A stretch of 64,000 bases of DNA from an uncultured bacterium. GTDB lineage: Bacteria; Patescibacteriota; Minisyncoccia; Phycocordibacterales; Phycocordibacteraceae. A model generated the notes under the pieces. It ran no database searches and was not told the origin of the DNA. It worked only from the letters and a program-made list of their open reading frames with translations. The first letter of the stretch is position 1, and every line of letters begins with the position of its first letter. The translations under genes and the position numbers were made by a program. Shown here piece by piece: positions 27,120 to 36,299 of the stretch. The stretch spans positions 234,108 to 298,107 of the forward strand of contig CAMTYL010000003.1 of NCBI GenBank assembly GCA_947085985.1. Reading direction: 5' to 3'.

Positions 27120-27776
27120 ACGACCCACTTCAGCGAAGTGGGTCGAGCTGTTTTTGCTGGCCGTCTCGCAAGGTAGATCAATACCTGCGAGTACGAGAAT
27201 TGAAAGTGCTGAGAACAACAGCACACACAGATTCCCTATTATGAAGAAAAAGAAAGCGCTCTTTCGCAGTAACGAACCTACGATTCCATATCGAGCAGCT
27301 CTTCCTTTAGAAAGCTCTGCTAGCCCAGCAAACTCCGTTGCGGATATCCTGAGCTCCTCGATTTTTTCTGGCTCGTCTTCGGGCGCGATTCCGTTAAAAG
27401 TTAATCTCCCTTCCTCCGCCATTGCGACCATCTCTTTCCTCTCTTCAGCATGAAGACGCACCCATTCTGCGTGTAACATCCGTGACGTATGCTCAGCAGT
27501 AAAGACTCTGATGTAAATACCGACAAGGAGAGTTACGAAAAGGAGTCCCCAGCCCAGGAACACAATCTCATATAGTGGAACCGAAAAGGCTTCCTCTGTA
27601 AGAACATCTACTTCAACCGAGATTAAGTAACCTATGAAGGTTATGCTCAGCGAGATAACGCCACCGCTGTAGAGCGCCAGCTTCTCGTAGAAGCTTGATA
27701 GTGCTTTTGTGTGCTCATCGTTGGCATCACTATATGCAATGGCGGCCTCCTGAATAGAGTTCGGTTGTATAGGCAT
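27021..27776 (-). CDS. hypothetical membrane protein (251 aa)
   Basis: Several hydrophobic helices (FYEKLALYSGGVISLSITFIGYLISV; FLGWGLLFVTLLVGIYIRVF; FFFFIIGNLCVLLFSALSILVLAGI). Confidence 0.45.
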   Translation of the reverse strand: MPIQPNSIQEAAIAYSDANDEHTKALSSFYEKLALYSGGVISLSITFIGYLISVEVDVLTEEAFSVPLYEIVFLGWGLLFVTLLVGIYIRVFTAEHTSRMLHAEWVRLHAEERKEMVAMAEEGRLTFNGIAPEDEPEKIEELRISATEFAGLAELSKGRAARYGIVGSLLRKSAFFFFIIGNLCVLLFSALSILVLAGIDLPCETASKNSSTHFAEVGRLGGYVVQFKQYIKISYDNCHPEVIGRVYTSTF

Positions 27777-27881
27777 GACTTACACATCATAGCGGAACTA
27801 CAATGTTTTGCCTTACTTATTTACTAGCCCATGTACGCTAGAACGAGAATAACCTACAACACGTGTCGTGCTAGCTGTCAA

Positions 27882-27912
27882 TGGCTGGGGGAAAGGGATT
27901 CGAACCCCTATA
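27882..27912 (-). pseudogene. orphan tRNA 3' fragment (T-arm + acceptor 3' strand + CCA) with no matching 5' half
   Basis: Reverse strand reads ...AGGGGTTCGAATCCCTT-TCCCCCA-G-CCA. The required 5' acceptor complement (TGGGGGA) is absent within 100 nt. Confidence 0.4.
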
Positions 27913-27966
27913 GACGGCACCAAAAACCGTGTCCTACAGGCGAGTGAGCGAGTGAAATGTGCTGTG

Positions 27967-28037
27967 CTGGGAGACTAGGGATCGAACCTAGATTCACGGC
28001 TTCAAAGGCCGCTGTCCTACCATTAGACGATCTCCCA
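27967..28037 (-). tRNA. tRNA-Gln (anticodon TTG)
   Basis: Reverse strand TGGGAGA-TC-GTCT-AATGGTA-GGAC-A-GCGGC-CTTTGAA-GCCGT-GAAT-CTAGG-TTCGATC-CCTAG-TCTCCCA-G. All stems pair. Confidence 0.8.
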
Positions 28038-28039
28038 GC

Positions 28040-28108
28040 ACAGAACACTTCCGAGCGAACGCTGTCTGTATGGGCGTAGCCCATACCATTAGACGATCTG
28101 CAGCTCTA
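28040..28108 (-). pseudogene. degenerate tRNA-Gln-like 5' fragment (shares AGATCGTCTAATGGTA and GACAGCG with tRNA-Gln, interrupted by 17 nt)
   Basis: Reverse strand GCTGCAGATCGTCTAATGGTA-TGGGCTACGCCCATACA-GACAGCG-TTCGCTCGG. No T-arm. Confidence 0.35.
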
Positions 28109-28129
28109 CCTACAAATATTTCTAACCTC

Positions 28130-29164
28130 CTAATCCTGCCTGGAAACCTCCATCACTGCAAGCTCAAGCGGGAGTGCAGGAATCGGGGAAAAGCGGATGC
28201 GACTTGCCGCATCCAAGAACACACGAAGCGTGTCGTGCGTCAGTTTGGAATCCTTTGCACTTGAAAGCTGTTCCACCTCCCCATACACATCACTTCCAAG
28301 CTCAGCAGCAATCTCTTTACGAAGCTCGGGCGCCTGGCGCACCAAGAGCACCGCGCGCATATGCTCTAGCACAAGGGTCAGATACAAATTCATGTCTACT
28401 CCCTGCCTACTCGCAGACGCAATGGCCACCAGCGCTCCCTCTGAATTCCCTGCTGACAGTGCCCCAACCAACTCGTGCACGAGCGCGTGGCGTGGCGCAC
28501 CCGTTGCTTGCTCCACCTCCGTGAGGCTCAGCTTTTTGTCAGTGGCTGATGCGAGCACTTTCTCAAGCACAGAGAGCGCGTCGCGATAGGAACCATCCGC
28601 CAAAAGGGCGACCAAGTCAGCGGCAGCTGGTTCAAGTGTGTACCCCTCCTTCTTTGACACGCCACTCACTACCCCAGAGAGTACTTCACGCGTCGGTTTC
28701 TTGAATTCAAACACCTGGCAACGCGAACGCACCGTCTCTGGCACCTTCTCAAGCTCCGTCGTTGCAAGCACAAAGATTGCGTGTGCTGGTGGCTCTTCAA
28801 GCGTTTTTAGAAACGCATTCCAGGCACTCTTGGAGAGCATGTGCGCCTCGTCCAGAATGTAGAACTTGAACGAGGAGTTGAACGGCAGCGTGTACACCTG
28901 CTCAGTGAGCGCGCGAATATCTTCCACACTGTTATTAGATGCTGCGTCTATCTCGCATAGGTCACGATCGTCGGTGCCAAGCTCGCGCGCAAAGATTCGC
29001 GCAACAGAAGTCTTTCCGAGCCCGCGACTTCCGGAAAATAGGTACGCATGCCCAATCTTTTTGCTTGCCAGCTGTTCCTTCAAGGGACGAACGATGTGGT
29101 CCTGTCCTACCAGGTCGTCAAAGGTGTGCGGACGATATGCGCGATACAGCGACTGATGAGCCAT
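28130..29164 (-). CDS. dnaX: DNA polymerase III subunit gamma/tau (short form)
   Basis: YRPHTFDDLVGQDHIV. Walker A GSRGLGKTS. Walker B ILDEAHML. Sensor VRSRCQ. Confidence 0.8.
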   Translation of the reverse strand: MAHQSLYRAYRPHTFDDLVGQDHIVRPLKEQLASKKIGHAYLFSGSRGLGKTSVARIFARELGTDDRDLCEIDAASNNSVEDIRALTEQVYTLPFNSSFKFYILDEAHMLSKSAWNAFLKTLEEPPAHAIFVLATTELEKVPETVRSRCQVFEFKKPTREVLSGVVSGVSKKEGYTLEPAAADLVALLADGSYRDALSVLEKVLASATDKKLSLTEVEQATGAPRHALVHELVGALSAGNSEGALVAIASASRQGVDMNLYLTLVLEHMRAVLLVRQAPELRKEIAAELGSDVYGEVEQLSSAKDSKLTHDTLRVFLDAASRIRFSPIPALPLELAVMEVSRQD

Positions 29165-29181
29165 TACGAGCAGTATACCAG

Positions 29182-30147
29182 TTAGCGAGCGCTCTCCAGA
29201 ATCTGGAGAAAGGAGTCAAAGTCGGGCGCGTCCATGAGGGCGGCTCGTAGTGGTGCGGCGTCATCAAACCCGACAATGAATGCCTTTACGTGCTTTTTAA
29301 GAATATGAAAGGATTTCTGAGGACGCAGTTCCTGGTAGCGCACCGCAAGGTCGAGAAGCGCGCTCACCTTCTCTTCTTTAGACACATCTTCACGCGTCTT
29401 TCCAAGAAAGAGCCACGGATTTCCAAAAATGGCACGCCCGAGCATGATGCCGTCGGCTCCGCTTGCGAGCGCCTTTGCACGCGCGTCCGCAATGTCTTCA
29501 ACGTCGCCATTACCCAGAATGAGTGTCTCAGGACTTACGCGGTCACGAATAGCTACTGCGCGCGGCATAAGGTCCCAGTGCGCGGGCACCTTGCTCATTT
29601 CTTTGCGGGTACGCAGGTGCACGGTAAGCGCCGCTGGTTTTTCTTCCAGTACCTGCGTGAGCCACTCCTCCATATTCTCGCTGTTGTAGCCTATGCGCGT
29701 TTTGACAGAGACTGGCAGGCCACCCTCCTTCGCTGCGCGAATAATCGCGCGCGCCTTCTCGGGATTCCTTATCATCGCGGAGCCACATCCCTGCTTCTCA
29801 ATCGCCTTGTCCGGGCAACCCATGTTGATATCAACGCCATCAAACCCAAGCTCTTTGCAGAGCTTTGCAGCGTACGCCATGTTCTCGGGATTGCTTGAAA
29901 AGAGTTGCGCCACAATAGGTCGCTCTCCTTCACTAAACTGCAAGTCACGCAGAAGCGGGTTCTCCGCGTCTGGCATGAGCTTGCGCTCACGAGTAGCGTA
30001 CAGCCCGTCAGCAGACACAAATTCCGTCCAGGTGACGTCGGGCTTTCCCGTCTCTGCTATAAGCGCACGATAGGCAGGGTCGGTGACGTCCGCCATAGGA
30101 GCGAGTACAAAAAAGGGTTTTGGGAGATTGTTCCAAAATGACGTCAT
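29182..30147 (-). CDS. tRNA-dihydrouridine synthase (Dus family)
   Basis: FVLAPMADVTDPAYRALI; DGVDINMGCP (catalytic Cys); VSVKTRIG. ORF extends to 30177; Met at 30147 chosen. Confidence 0.8.
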   Translation of the reverse strand: MTSFWNNLPKPFFVLAPMADVTDPAYRALIAETGKPDVTWTEFVSADGLYATRERKLMPDAENPLLRDLQFSEGERPIVAQLFSSNPENMAYAAKLCKELGFDGVDINMGCPDKAIEKQGCGSAMIRNPEKARAIIRAAKEGGLPVSVKTRIGYNSENMEEWLTQVLEEKPAALTVHLRTRKEMSKVPAHWDLMPRAVAIRDRVSPETLILGNGDVEDIADARAKALASGADGIMLGRAIFGNPWLFLGKTREDVSKEEKVSALLDLAVRYQELRPQKSFHILKKHVKAFIVGFDDAAPLRAALMDAPDFDSFLQILESAR

Positions 30148-30180
30148 AGAAGTATGGGTACCGCACTTAGTGAGCACTGT

Positions 30181-31224
30181 CTAGAGCGCGTCCTGACTTG
30201 GCTCTGAATCTTGCTCCGGTACTGGTTCTTGAACCGGCTCTGGATCTGGCGTAGAAACTACTGGTGCCCCCTTGCGCAGGTACACCTTACTCTCAAATCG
30301 GAGGTCTACGTACTCCACGGTTCCGTCATTGATTTTTACTTGTGGGAACACGCTTGCGGCTAGTTGCGCCGCTTCTTTCTCCCTGCCAATCACATAGGTG
30401 ATGCGTGTTCCGGCGAGCGTGTAGAAGTCGGCTTCGTCGTCCCGAATCGCAAGCTCCGAGATGTTTGCCCCAAGGGCGCGGAAGGTCTTAGCAAGACGAA
30501 GGGAGTTGGGTATCGCGCTTGCATACCCCACGTGCGCTCGCACTGGCTCCACCGCGCCACCCTCAAGCGGTACATACACTTTCAGCAGAAGCGTGGAAGA
30601 TGCAGCGGGCTCCACCCCTGTGTACGGCGCAAACACGTATCCGTCCGCGTCAGTCCCAAAACATGTTTCCACCTTCTCACTGCGAGCTGGTCCACACCAC
30701 ACAAAGGCACTAGAGCGAAGCACCGGCACCACTTGTATTCCCTGTAAGCCCGCGGAATGAAACGACACTGCTACGACGTGCGGGTGCTCTGCCAAAATTC
30801 GTTTTCGTATATCCGACTCGGGAATAAAGAAGATTGAATTGCGCGGAACAATAAAAAGATGTGTTCCCTGCATGGCTTTCGTTGCAATCGCACGAATGCT
30901 CTCTGCGTCCTCTCCAACCACTTCAACATTTTTGATGCGAAGCTCAGGTATCCATGCGGCATAGATGAGAGCAGCAACGGCGAGCGCGACAAACGCACTC
31001 ACACCAATGTAAAAAATTCGCTTTGCTCGGGCGCGACGCACTTTTAACGGCTCCGCGGATGCTGGCTGCCTACGTGTACGCGTTGCCACTATTGGCTGCG
31101 CCACTGCTCTCGGTGCTGGTTTTCGTGCAGGATTACGCTTAGCCCGTGCAGGCGTACTGACCGCAGCAGGAGTGCGCGCAGGCGGCGCGCTACGCACTAC
31201 GTCCCAAGACTTAGTAGACTTCAT
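30181..31224 (-). CDS. FtsQ/DivIB-like cell-division protein (basic N-tail, TM, POTRA-like domain)
   Basis: N-terminal Arg/Pro-rich tail. TM IFYIGVSAFVALAVAALIYAAW. IKNVEVVG...LFIV... pattern typical of the POTRA region. Confidence 0.45.
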   Translation of the reverse strand: MKSTKSWDVVRSAPPARTPAAVSTPARAKRNPARKPAPRAVAQPIVATRTRRQPASAEPLKVRRARAKRIFYIGVSAFVALAVAALIYAAWIPELRIKNVEVVGEDAESIRAIATKAMQGTHLFIVPRNSIFFIPESDIRKRILAEHPHVVAVSFHSAGLQGIQVVPVLRSSAFVWCGPARSEKVETCFGTDADGYVFAPYTGVEPAASSTLLLKVYVPLEGGAVEPVRAHVGYASAIPNSLRLAKTFRALGANISELAIRDDEADFYTLAGTRITYVIGREKEAAQLAASVFPQVKINDGTVEYVDLRFESKVYLRKGAPVVSTPDPEPVQEPVPEQDSEPSQDAL

Positions 31225-31349
31225 TGACTAAATAATACCAGCTCCGCCGTACAAAAGGGTGGCTGCAGACGGCAACGGCTCGCACTCAACGTATTGCTCT
31301 TACTTATACGCTTCGTGCTCCGCCGGCCATCTTCGCTCACCCTTTCGCA

Positions 31350-32627
31350 CTACTCGCCTTGGCCTGATTTACCCAATGAAGTCTTCCCGACATAGGGGAC
31401 GAGTACTTCAGGCACACGGATAGTGCCGTCTTCTTGCTGATAATTTTCTACAAGCATTGAGAGAATGCGCGGCATTGCTACTGCGGTGTTGTTGAGTGAG
31501 TGGGCAAACTGCAACTTGCCCTCGCTATCGCGATAGCGCGTGGTAAGACGGCGTGTCTGGAAGTCGTGGAAGTACGAGGAGGAGTGTGTTTCGCGGTACG
31601 TGTTTTGCGACGGCATCCACGCTTCAATGTCGTACTTCTTTACCTGTCCAAGCCCTAGGTCACCACCGCAATTAACCACTACGTGGTATGGCAGATTTAG
31701 GAGCTGCAAGAACTCTTCCGCGTTCTGTGTGAGCTCTTCATGCAAACGCACTGACTCAGTGTGTGACGCTTCACACAACACTACCTGCTCCCATTTGAAA
31801 AACTCGTGTACACGAATGAGGCCCTTCGTGTCCTTGCTGTGACTACCTGCCTCTCTGCGGAAACAGGGAGAGTAGGAAACAAACTTCACCGGAAGCTGAT
31901 TCATATCAAGCGTCTCGTTCATGTAGTAGCCCATGGTCGCCACCTCAGCGGTGCCTGATAGATACTCCCCGTCCTGTGTCTTGTACAAATCTTCCTCGCT
32001 CTGTGGCAGGTAGCCCGTTCCCATAAACGTCTCACGACGAACCAGAGACGGCGCGATGAGCGGCTCAAATCCTTTCTTCACAAAATGCATGAGCGCAAGT
32101 TGGGAGACGGCGTTCGCAAGGAGTACTCCATCACCCTTCAAAAAGTATCCGCGGAACCCTGCCACCTTCGTACCACGCTCAAAATCAGCCATGCCGAGAT
32201 TGGTCATCAGCTCCACATGATCCTTTGGCGCAAATGAAAATGTAGGAATGTCGCCCCAGGTCCTCACTTCTACGTTGTCAGCATCACTATCCCCCTCAGG
32301 CACCGTCATGTCAGGAATGTTTGGGACGGAGAGCATAAGCTTCTGCCACTCTTCCATTACCTTCACCAGCTTTTCTTCCGCTTCTGCCATGCCGTCCTTT
32401 AGCGTCTTTAGCGATTCAAGCAGCTTCTCCTTTTCTTCTCCTTGAATATTTACAATATTAAAACTTGCACGGTTCTGCTCTGCGCGCTTTTCATCAAGCT
32501 CCGTGCGCAGTGCTTTGCGCTCGTCGTCCACCGCAATAAGGCGATCTATGTCCACCTCAATGTGTTTCTTGCGGGCACCCTCCTGTACCAGCTCTTTATT
32601 CTCGCGGATGAAATGAATGTCTAGCAT
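31350..32627 (-). CDS. serS: serine--tRNA ligase
   Basis: N-terminal coiled-coil arm MLDIHFIRENKELV...LDEKRAE. Class II motifs FRREAGS, GYRGYF. 425 aa. Confidence 0.9.
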   Translation of the reverse strand: MLDIHFIRENKELVQEGARKKHIEVDIDRLIAVDDERKALRTELDEKRAEQNRASFNIVNIQGEEKEKLLESLKTLKDGMAEAEEKLVKVMEEWQKLMLSVPNIPDMTVPEGDSDADNVEVRTWGDIPTFSFAPKDHVELMTNLGMADFERGTKVAGFRGYFLKGDGVLLANAVSQLALMHFVKKGFEPLIAPSLVRRETFMGTGYLPQSEEDLYKTQDGEYLSGTAEVATMGYYMNETLDMNQLPVKFVSYSPCFRREAGSHSKDTKGLIRVHEFFKWEQVVLCEASHTESVRLHEELTQNAEEFLQLLNLPYHVVVNCGGDLGLGQVKKYDIEAWMPSQNTYRETHSSSYFHDFQTRRLTTRYRDSEGKLQFAHSLNNTAVAMPRILSMLVENYQQEDGTIRVPEVLVPYVGKTSLGKSGQGE

Positions 32628-32652
32628 AGGACTATAATAATGAAAGCATAGT

Positions 32653-33513
32653 ATGGAGTACCAAATGCGACAACTCTCTCCTGCGGACTACCCCGAAGGA
32701 CTGCGAGAAATTCCTGATGTACCGCCTTCGCTCTATATCCGCGGGAGCCTACCTCCGGAGGGCACCGTCTATTTGACCGTGGTTGGCTCGCGCGACCTCT
32801 CTACCTATGGGCGCGAGGCCGCCGAGCGCCTGATTGCCGGCCTTGCTGGCTACCCCGTCTGTATTGTCTCGGGGCTCGCGCTTGGCGCTGATGCTTGTGC
32901 GCACCGAGCAGCGCTTGCCGCAGGTCTCCACACCATAGCGTTCCCTGGCTCTGGTATAGACGATGCAAGCATAGCGCCTAGAACGAACGCTGGGCTTGCG
33001 GCGCAGATTCTCGCGTCTGGTGGAGCACTTATGAGTGAGTACCCACCAGGCACCCTTGCAGCGCCCTGGATGTTCCCCGCACGCAATCGCCTCATGGTGG
33101 GCATAGCGAGCGCCGTGCTCGTGATTGAAGCGGGTGAGCGCTCGGGCACACTTATCACCGCAAGACTCTCAGGCGAATACAACCGCGACTTATTGTGCGT
33201 ACCCTACCGCATTGGTGACCGTGGTGGGTACGCGGCAAACCTATTTATTCGCCTCGGTGCTGCGCTCGTAGCAGAGCCTGTGCATATTTTGGACGCGCTT
33301 AGTATAAACCGGGAAAAGAAGGTGAACGATTCTGTCGTGCACAAACTCACTCCACAGGAGCACGTGTTGTACGAGCTTCTGCAAGTGCCACTCGCCCGCG
33401 ACGAGATAATTCGCGACTCGGGCCTGCCTGCACACGAGGTGCTCACCGCGCTCGTCATGCTAGAGCTTCGCGGCGTACTCAAAGAGGAATTTGGTGCGTG
33501 GCGCAGAGTGTAA
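32653..33513 (+). CDS. dprA: DNA-processing protein DprA (Smf)
   Basis: VVGSRDLSTYGREAAERLIAGLAGYPVCIVSGLALGADACAHRAAL...VIEAGERSGTLITA is a Rossmann-fold DprA signature. Confidence 0.8.
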   Translation: MEYQMRQLSPADYPEGLREIPDVPPSLYIRGSLPPEGTVYLTVVGSRDLSTYGREAAERLIAGLAGYPVCIVSGLALGADACAHRAALAAGLHTIAFPGSGIDDASIAPRTNAGLAAQILASGGALMSEYPPGTLAAPWMFPARNRLMVGIASAVLVIEAGERSGTLITARLSGEYNRDLLCVPYRIGDRGGYAANLFIRLGAALVAEPVHILDALSINREKKVNDSVVHKLTPQEHVLYELLQVPLARDEIIRDSGLPAHEVLTALVMLELRGVLKEEFGAWRRV

Positions 33514-33577
33514 CTGCCACTGCGCACTCGCGTGCGCTTGACTATATATAGGTACGCGCGTTATGCATAGGCAAATG

Positions 33578-35977
33578 GCAAAGAAACTTCTTATCGTTGA
33601 GTCCCCAGCAAAAGCGCGCACTATCGGCCAGTACCTAGGTACTGGCTACGAAGTATTGGCGTCTGTCGGCCATGTGCGCGATTTGCCCAAGACCAACAAG
33701 GATGCGGTAGATATTGAAGGCGGGTTCACCCCACGCTACGTAGTCTCGCCCGATAAGCGCGACGTGATTGAGCGCATTACTGCCGCATCAAAAAAAGCAG
33801 AAGAGATATTCCTTGCGACTGACCCCGACCGCGAGGGAGAAGCTATTGCCTGGCACATCAAGGAGGCTGTGGGCATGAAGAACCCGAAGCGTGTAGTGTT
33901 CTACGAAATTACTAAGAATGCCGTTGAAGAGGCGCTCACCCACCCGAGAGAGATTGACGAGAACCTGCGCCAGGCGCAAGAAGCACGCCGTGTACTTGAC
34001 CGCCTCGTAGGGTACGACCTCTCCGGACTTATCTGGAAGAAGGTGCGCTACGGACTTTCCGCAGGACGAGTGCAGTCCCCTGCGCTTCGTATTCTTGCTG
34101 AACGCGAGCGCGAAATTAAGGCCTTTGTTCCAGAGACTTACTACTCGCTAGACGCTGTTTTCCATGCAAAGGGTGGCGACATTCCTGCAAGCTGCACGGT
34201 GGAGCCGAAAACAAACGAAGAAGCAACACGCATCGTCACCCTAGGGCGCACTAGTAGCTGGAGCATTAGCGATATCACCGAACGCGAGGAGGAGAGAAAG
34301 CCACGCCCACCCTTCACTACGTCCACCTTGCAACAGGTTGCCTCTACTCGTCTTGGATTTTCTCCAAGTCGTACCATGCGCGCTGCGCAAAAGCTGTACG
34401 AGGCAGGACACATCACCTACATGCGTACTGACTCCGTAAATCTCTCCAAGGACGCGGTTGCAAAAATTGCGGAGGTGGTTGCAGGCGAGTTTGGTGCTCC
34501 TTCTGTTGAAACGCGCTCATACAAGACGACGAGTAAGAATGCGCAAGAAGCGCACGAAGCGGTGCGCCCCACCGACCCAGCCCGCACACACGCAGGCACC
34601 CCAGGGGATGAGCAGTCCCTCTACGACCTTATCCGCGCACGCACTCTCGCCTCGCAGATGAAGTCAGCACGCATGCTACGCACCGCGGTAAAGATCAAAG
34701 CTGACGCGGACATCCCTCTTTTTAGTACAAATGGTTCACGCCTTGTGTACCCTGGGTGGCTTGCCTGCGATACACGCGCTCGCGGTGAGGATGTTGAACT
34801 ACCGCTTCTCGCTGTCGGTGAGTCGGTAGATGTGATGAAGTTGGGCTCACTTGAAAAGCAGACCGAGCCACCAAATCGCTACACTGAAGCAGGGCTCGTG
34901 AAGGAGCTTGAGAAGCGTGGCATCGGCAGACCGTCCACCTATGCGAGCATCATGAAAACTATTCAAGACCGCGGCTATGTGGAAAAGACTGGGCGCACCC
35001 TTACTCCAACGGCTACCGGCATGGTGGTCTCTGGCTGGCTTGAAGAGCACTTCGCGGAGTACGTGTCTGACTCGTTTACCGCAGAAATGGAGAACGAGCT
35101 GGACGAGATTGCGCGCGGAGAGCGCGGATACGTGGAAACACTGAGGGAATTTTATACGCCCTTTTCCAAAGCAGTTGCGAGCAAGGAAGATTTGCCAAAG
35201 GCAACGTCGCTTGGTGCCGTTCCTGCAGAGTTCCTGTGCCCACTGTGTTCTGCGTCCATGGAATTCAAGCTTGGTCGTGGTGGCATATTCATGAGCTGTA
35301 CTCGCTACCCGGAGTGCGAGGGCGCCAGGCAGGAGGACGGTACTGAAGTAAAGCCGGACGAGCCCATTGGAAACGACCCCGCAACGGGTGCACCTATTTA
35401 TGTAAAGACCGGGCGCTTTGGGCCCTACGTTGAGCTGGTCCTTCCACCGAAAGAATTGCCACCGGTAGAAGACGTGCCACTGCTGACTAAGAACGGAAAG
35501 CCAAGCAAGCGAAAGCCAAAGAAGCCAGCAGAACCAAAGCCAGAGCTTCGCCGCGCGAGTATTCCCGCTGGAGTGCCACTTGATACGGTGGATTTGAAAC
35601 TTGCCCTACATTATCTCTCCCTTCCTCGTGAGCTAGGTAATCACCCCGACAGCGGCAAGGTGCTCATTGCAAACATCGGACGCTTCGGTCCCTACATTGG
35701 ACACGACGGAGAGTTCCGTTCTCTAAAAAAGGGCGACGACCCGTACACCATCACTCTTGAGCGTGCGGTTGCCGTACTCGCAGAACCAAAGCTTCCTCCA
35801 AAGGGCGTGACTATTGTGCGCGAGCTTGGAAAGCACCCAAAGACGGGCAAGGCGCTCGTGCTCTACAAGTCAAAGTCCGGTTACTTCCTCAAGAAGGGTC
35901 TGCGGCGCATATCGCTCCCCGAGAGCATTAGTCCAGATTCGCTCACTGCAGAAGAAGCAGCAAGTTACCTCGCCTAG
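33578..35977 (+). CDS. topA: DNA topoisomerase I
   Basis: TOPRIM LLIVESPAKARTIGQYLG...TDPDREGEAIAWH. Active-site Tyr region HITYMRTDS. C-terminal zinc ribbon CPLCSASM...CTRYPEC and Lys-rich tail. Confidence 0.9.
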   Translation, partial: AKKLLIVESPAKARTIGQYLGTGYEVLASVGHVRDLPKTNKDAVDIEGGFTPRYVVSPDKRDVIERITAASKKAEEIFLATDPDREGEAIAWHIKEAVGMKNPKRVVFYEITKNAVEEALTHPREIDENLRQAQEARRVLDRLVGYDLSGLIWKKVRYGLSAGRVQSPALRILAEREREIKAFVPETYYSLDAVFHAKGGDIPASCTVEPKTNEEATRIVTLGRTSSWSISDITEREEERKPRPPFTTSTLQQVASTRLGFSPSRTMRAAQKLYEAGHITYMRTDSVNLSKDAVAKIAEVVAGEFGAPSVETRSYKTTSKNAQEAHEAVRPTDPARTHAGTPGDEQSLYDLIRARTLASQMKSARMLRTAVKIKADADIPLFSTNGSRLVYPGWLACDTRARGEDVELPLLAVGESVDVMKLGSLEKQTEPPNRYTEAGLVKELEKRGIGRPSTYASIMKTIQDRGYVEKTGRTLTPTATGMVVSGWLEEHFAEYVSDSFTAEMENELDEIARGERGYVETLREFYTPFSKAVASKEDLPKATSLGAVPAEFLCPLCSASMEFKLGRGGIFMSCTRYPECEGARQEDGTEVKPDEPIGNDPATGAPIYVKTGRFGPYVELVLPPKELPPVEDVPLLTKNGKPSKRKPKKPAEPKPELRRASIPAGVPLDTVDLKLALHYLSLPRELGNHPDSGKVLIANIGRFGPYIGHDGEFRSLKKGDDPYTITLERAVAVLAEPKLPPKGVTIVRELGKHPKTGKALVLYKSKSGYFLKKGLRRISLPESISPDSLTAEEAASYLA

Positions 35978-36299
35978 AAAACAGCTGAGCCCGCTCCCTA
36001 AAAGGGGCGGGCTCTTCGCTTAGGCCGCAGCGACTGACACCACCGGGATTGGCACGATGTAGGGAGACGACGGGTGGTCGATCTCAAACTCCAGCGTGTC
36101 CTCTTCGGTGCACAGCAGCCGGACGCGCTGCGAATTCATGCGGTCCGTATGAAGTACACGGTTTACTCCACACGCTCCGCAGTGCGACCGTGCTTTACTC
36201 AGCAATATTTTCAAAAGAACTCTCCTCCTGATTGCACGATTTCTACAACTGCTCGCGCAGTAAACGGGTTACCGTTTGTGACAAACGGATTAGAGCAGT

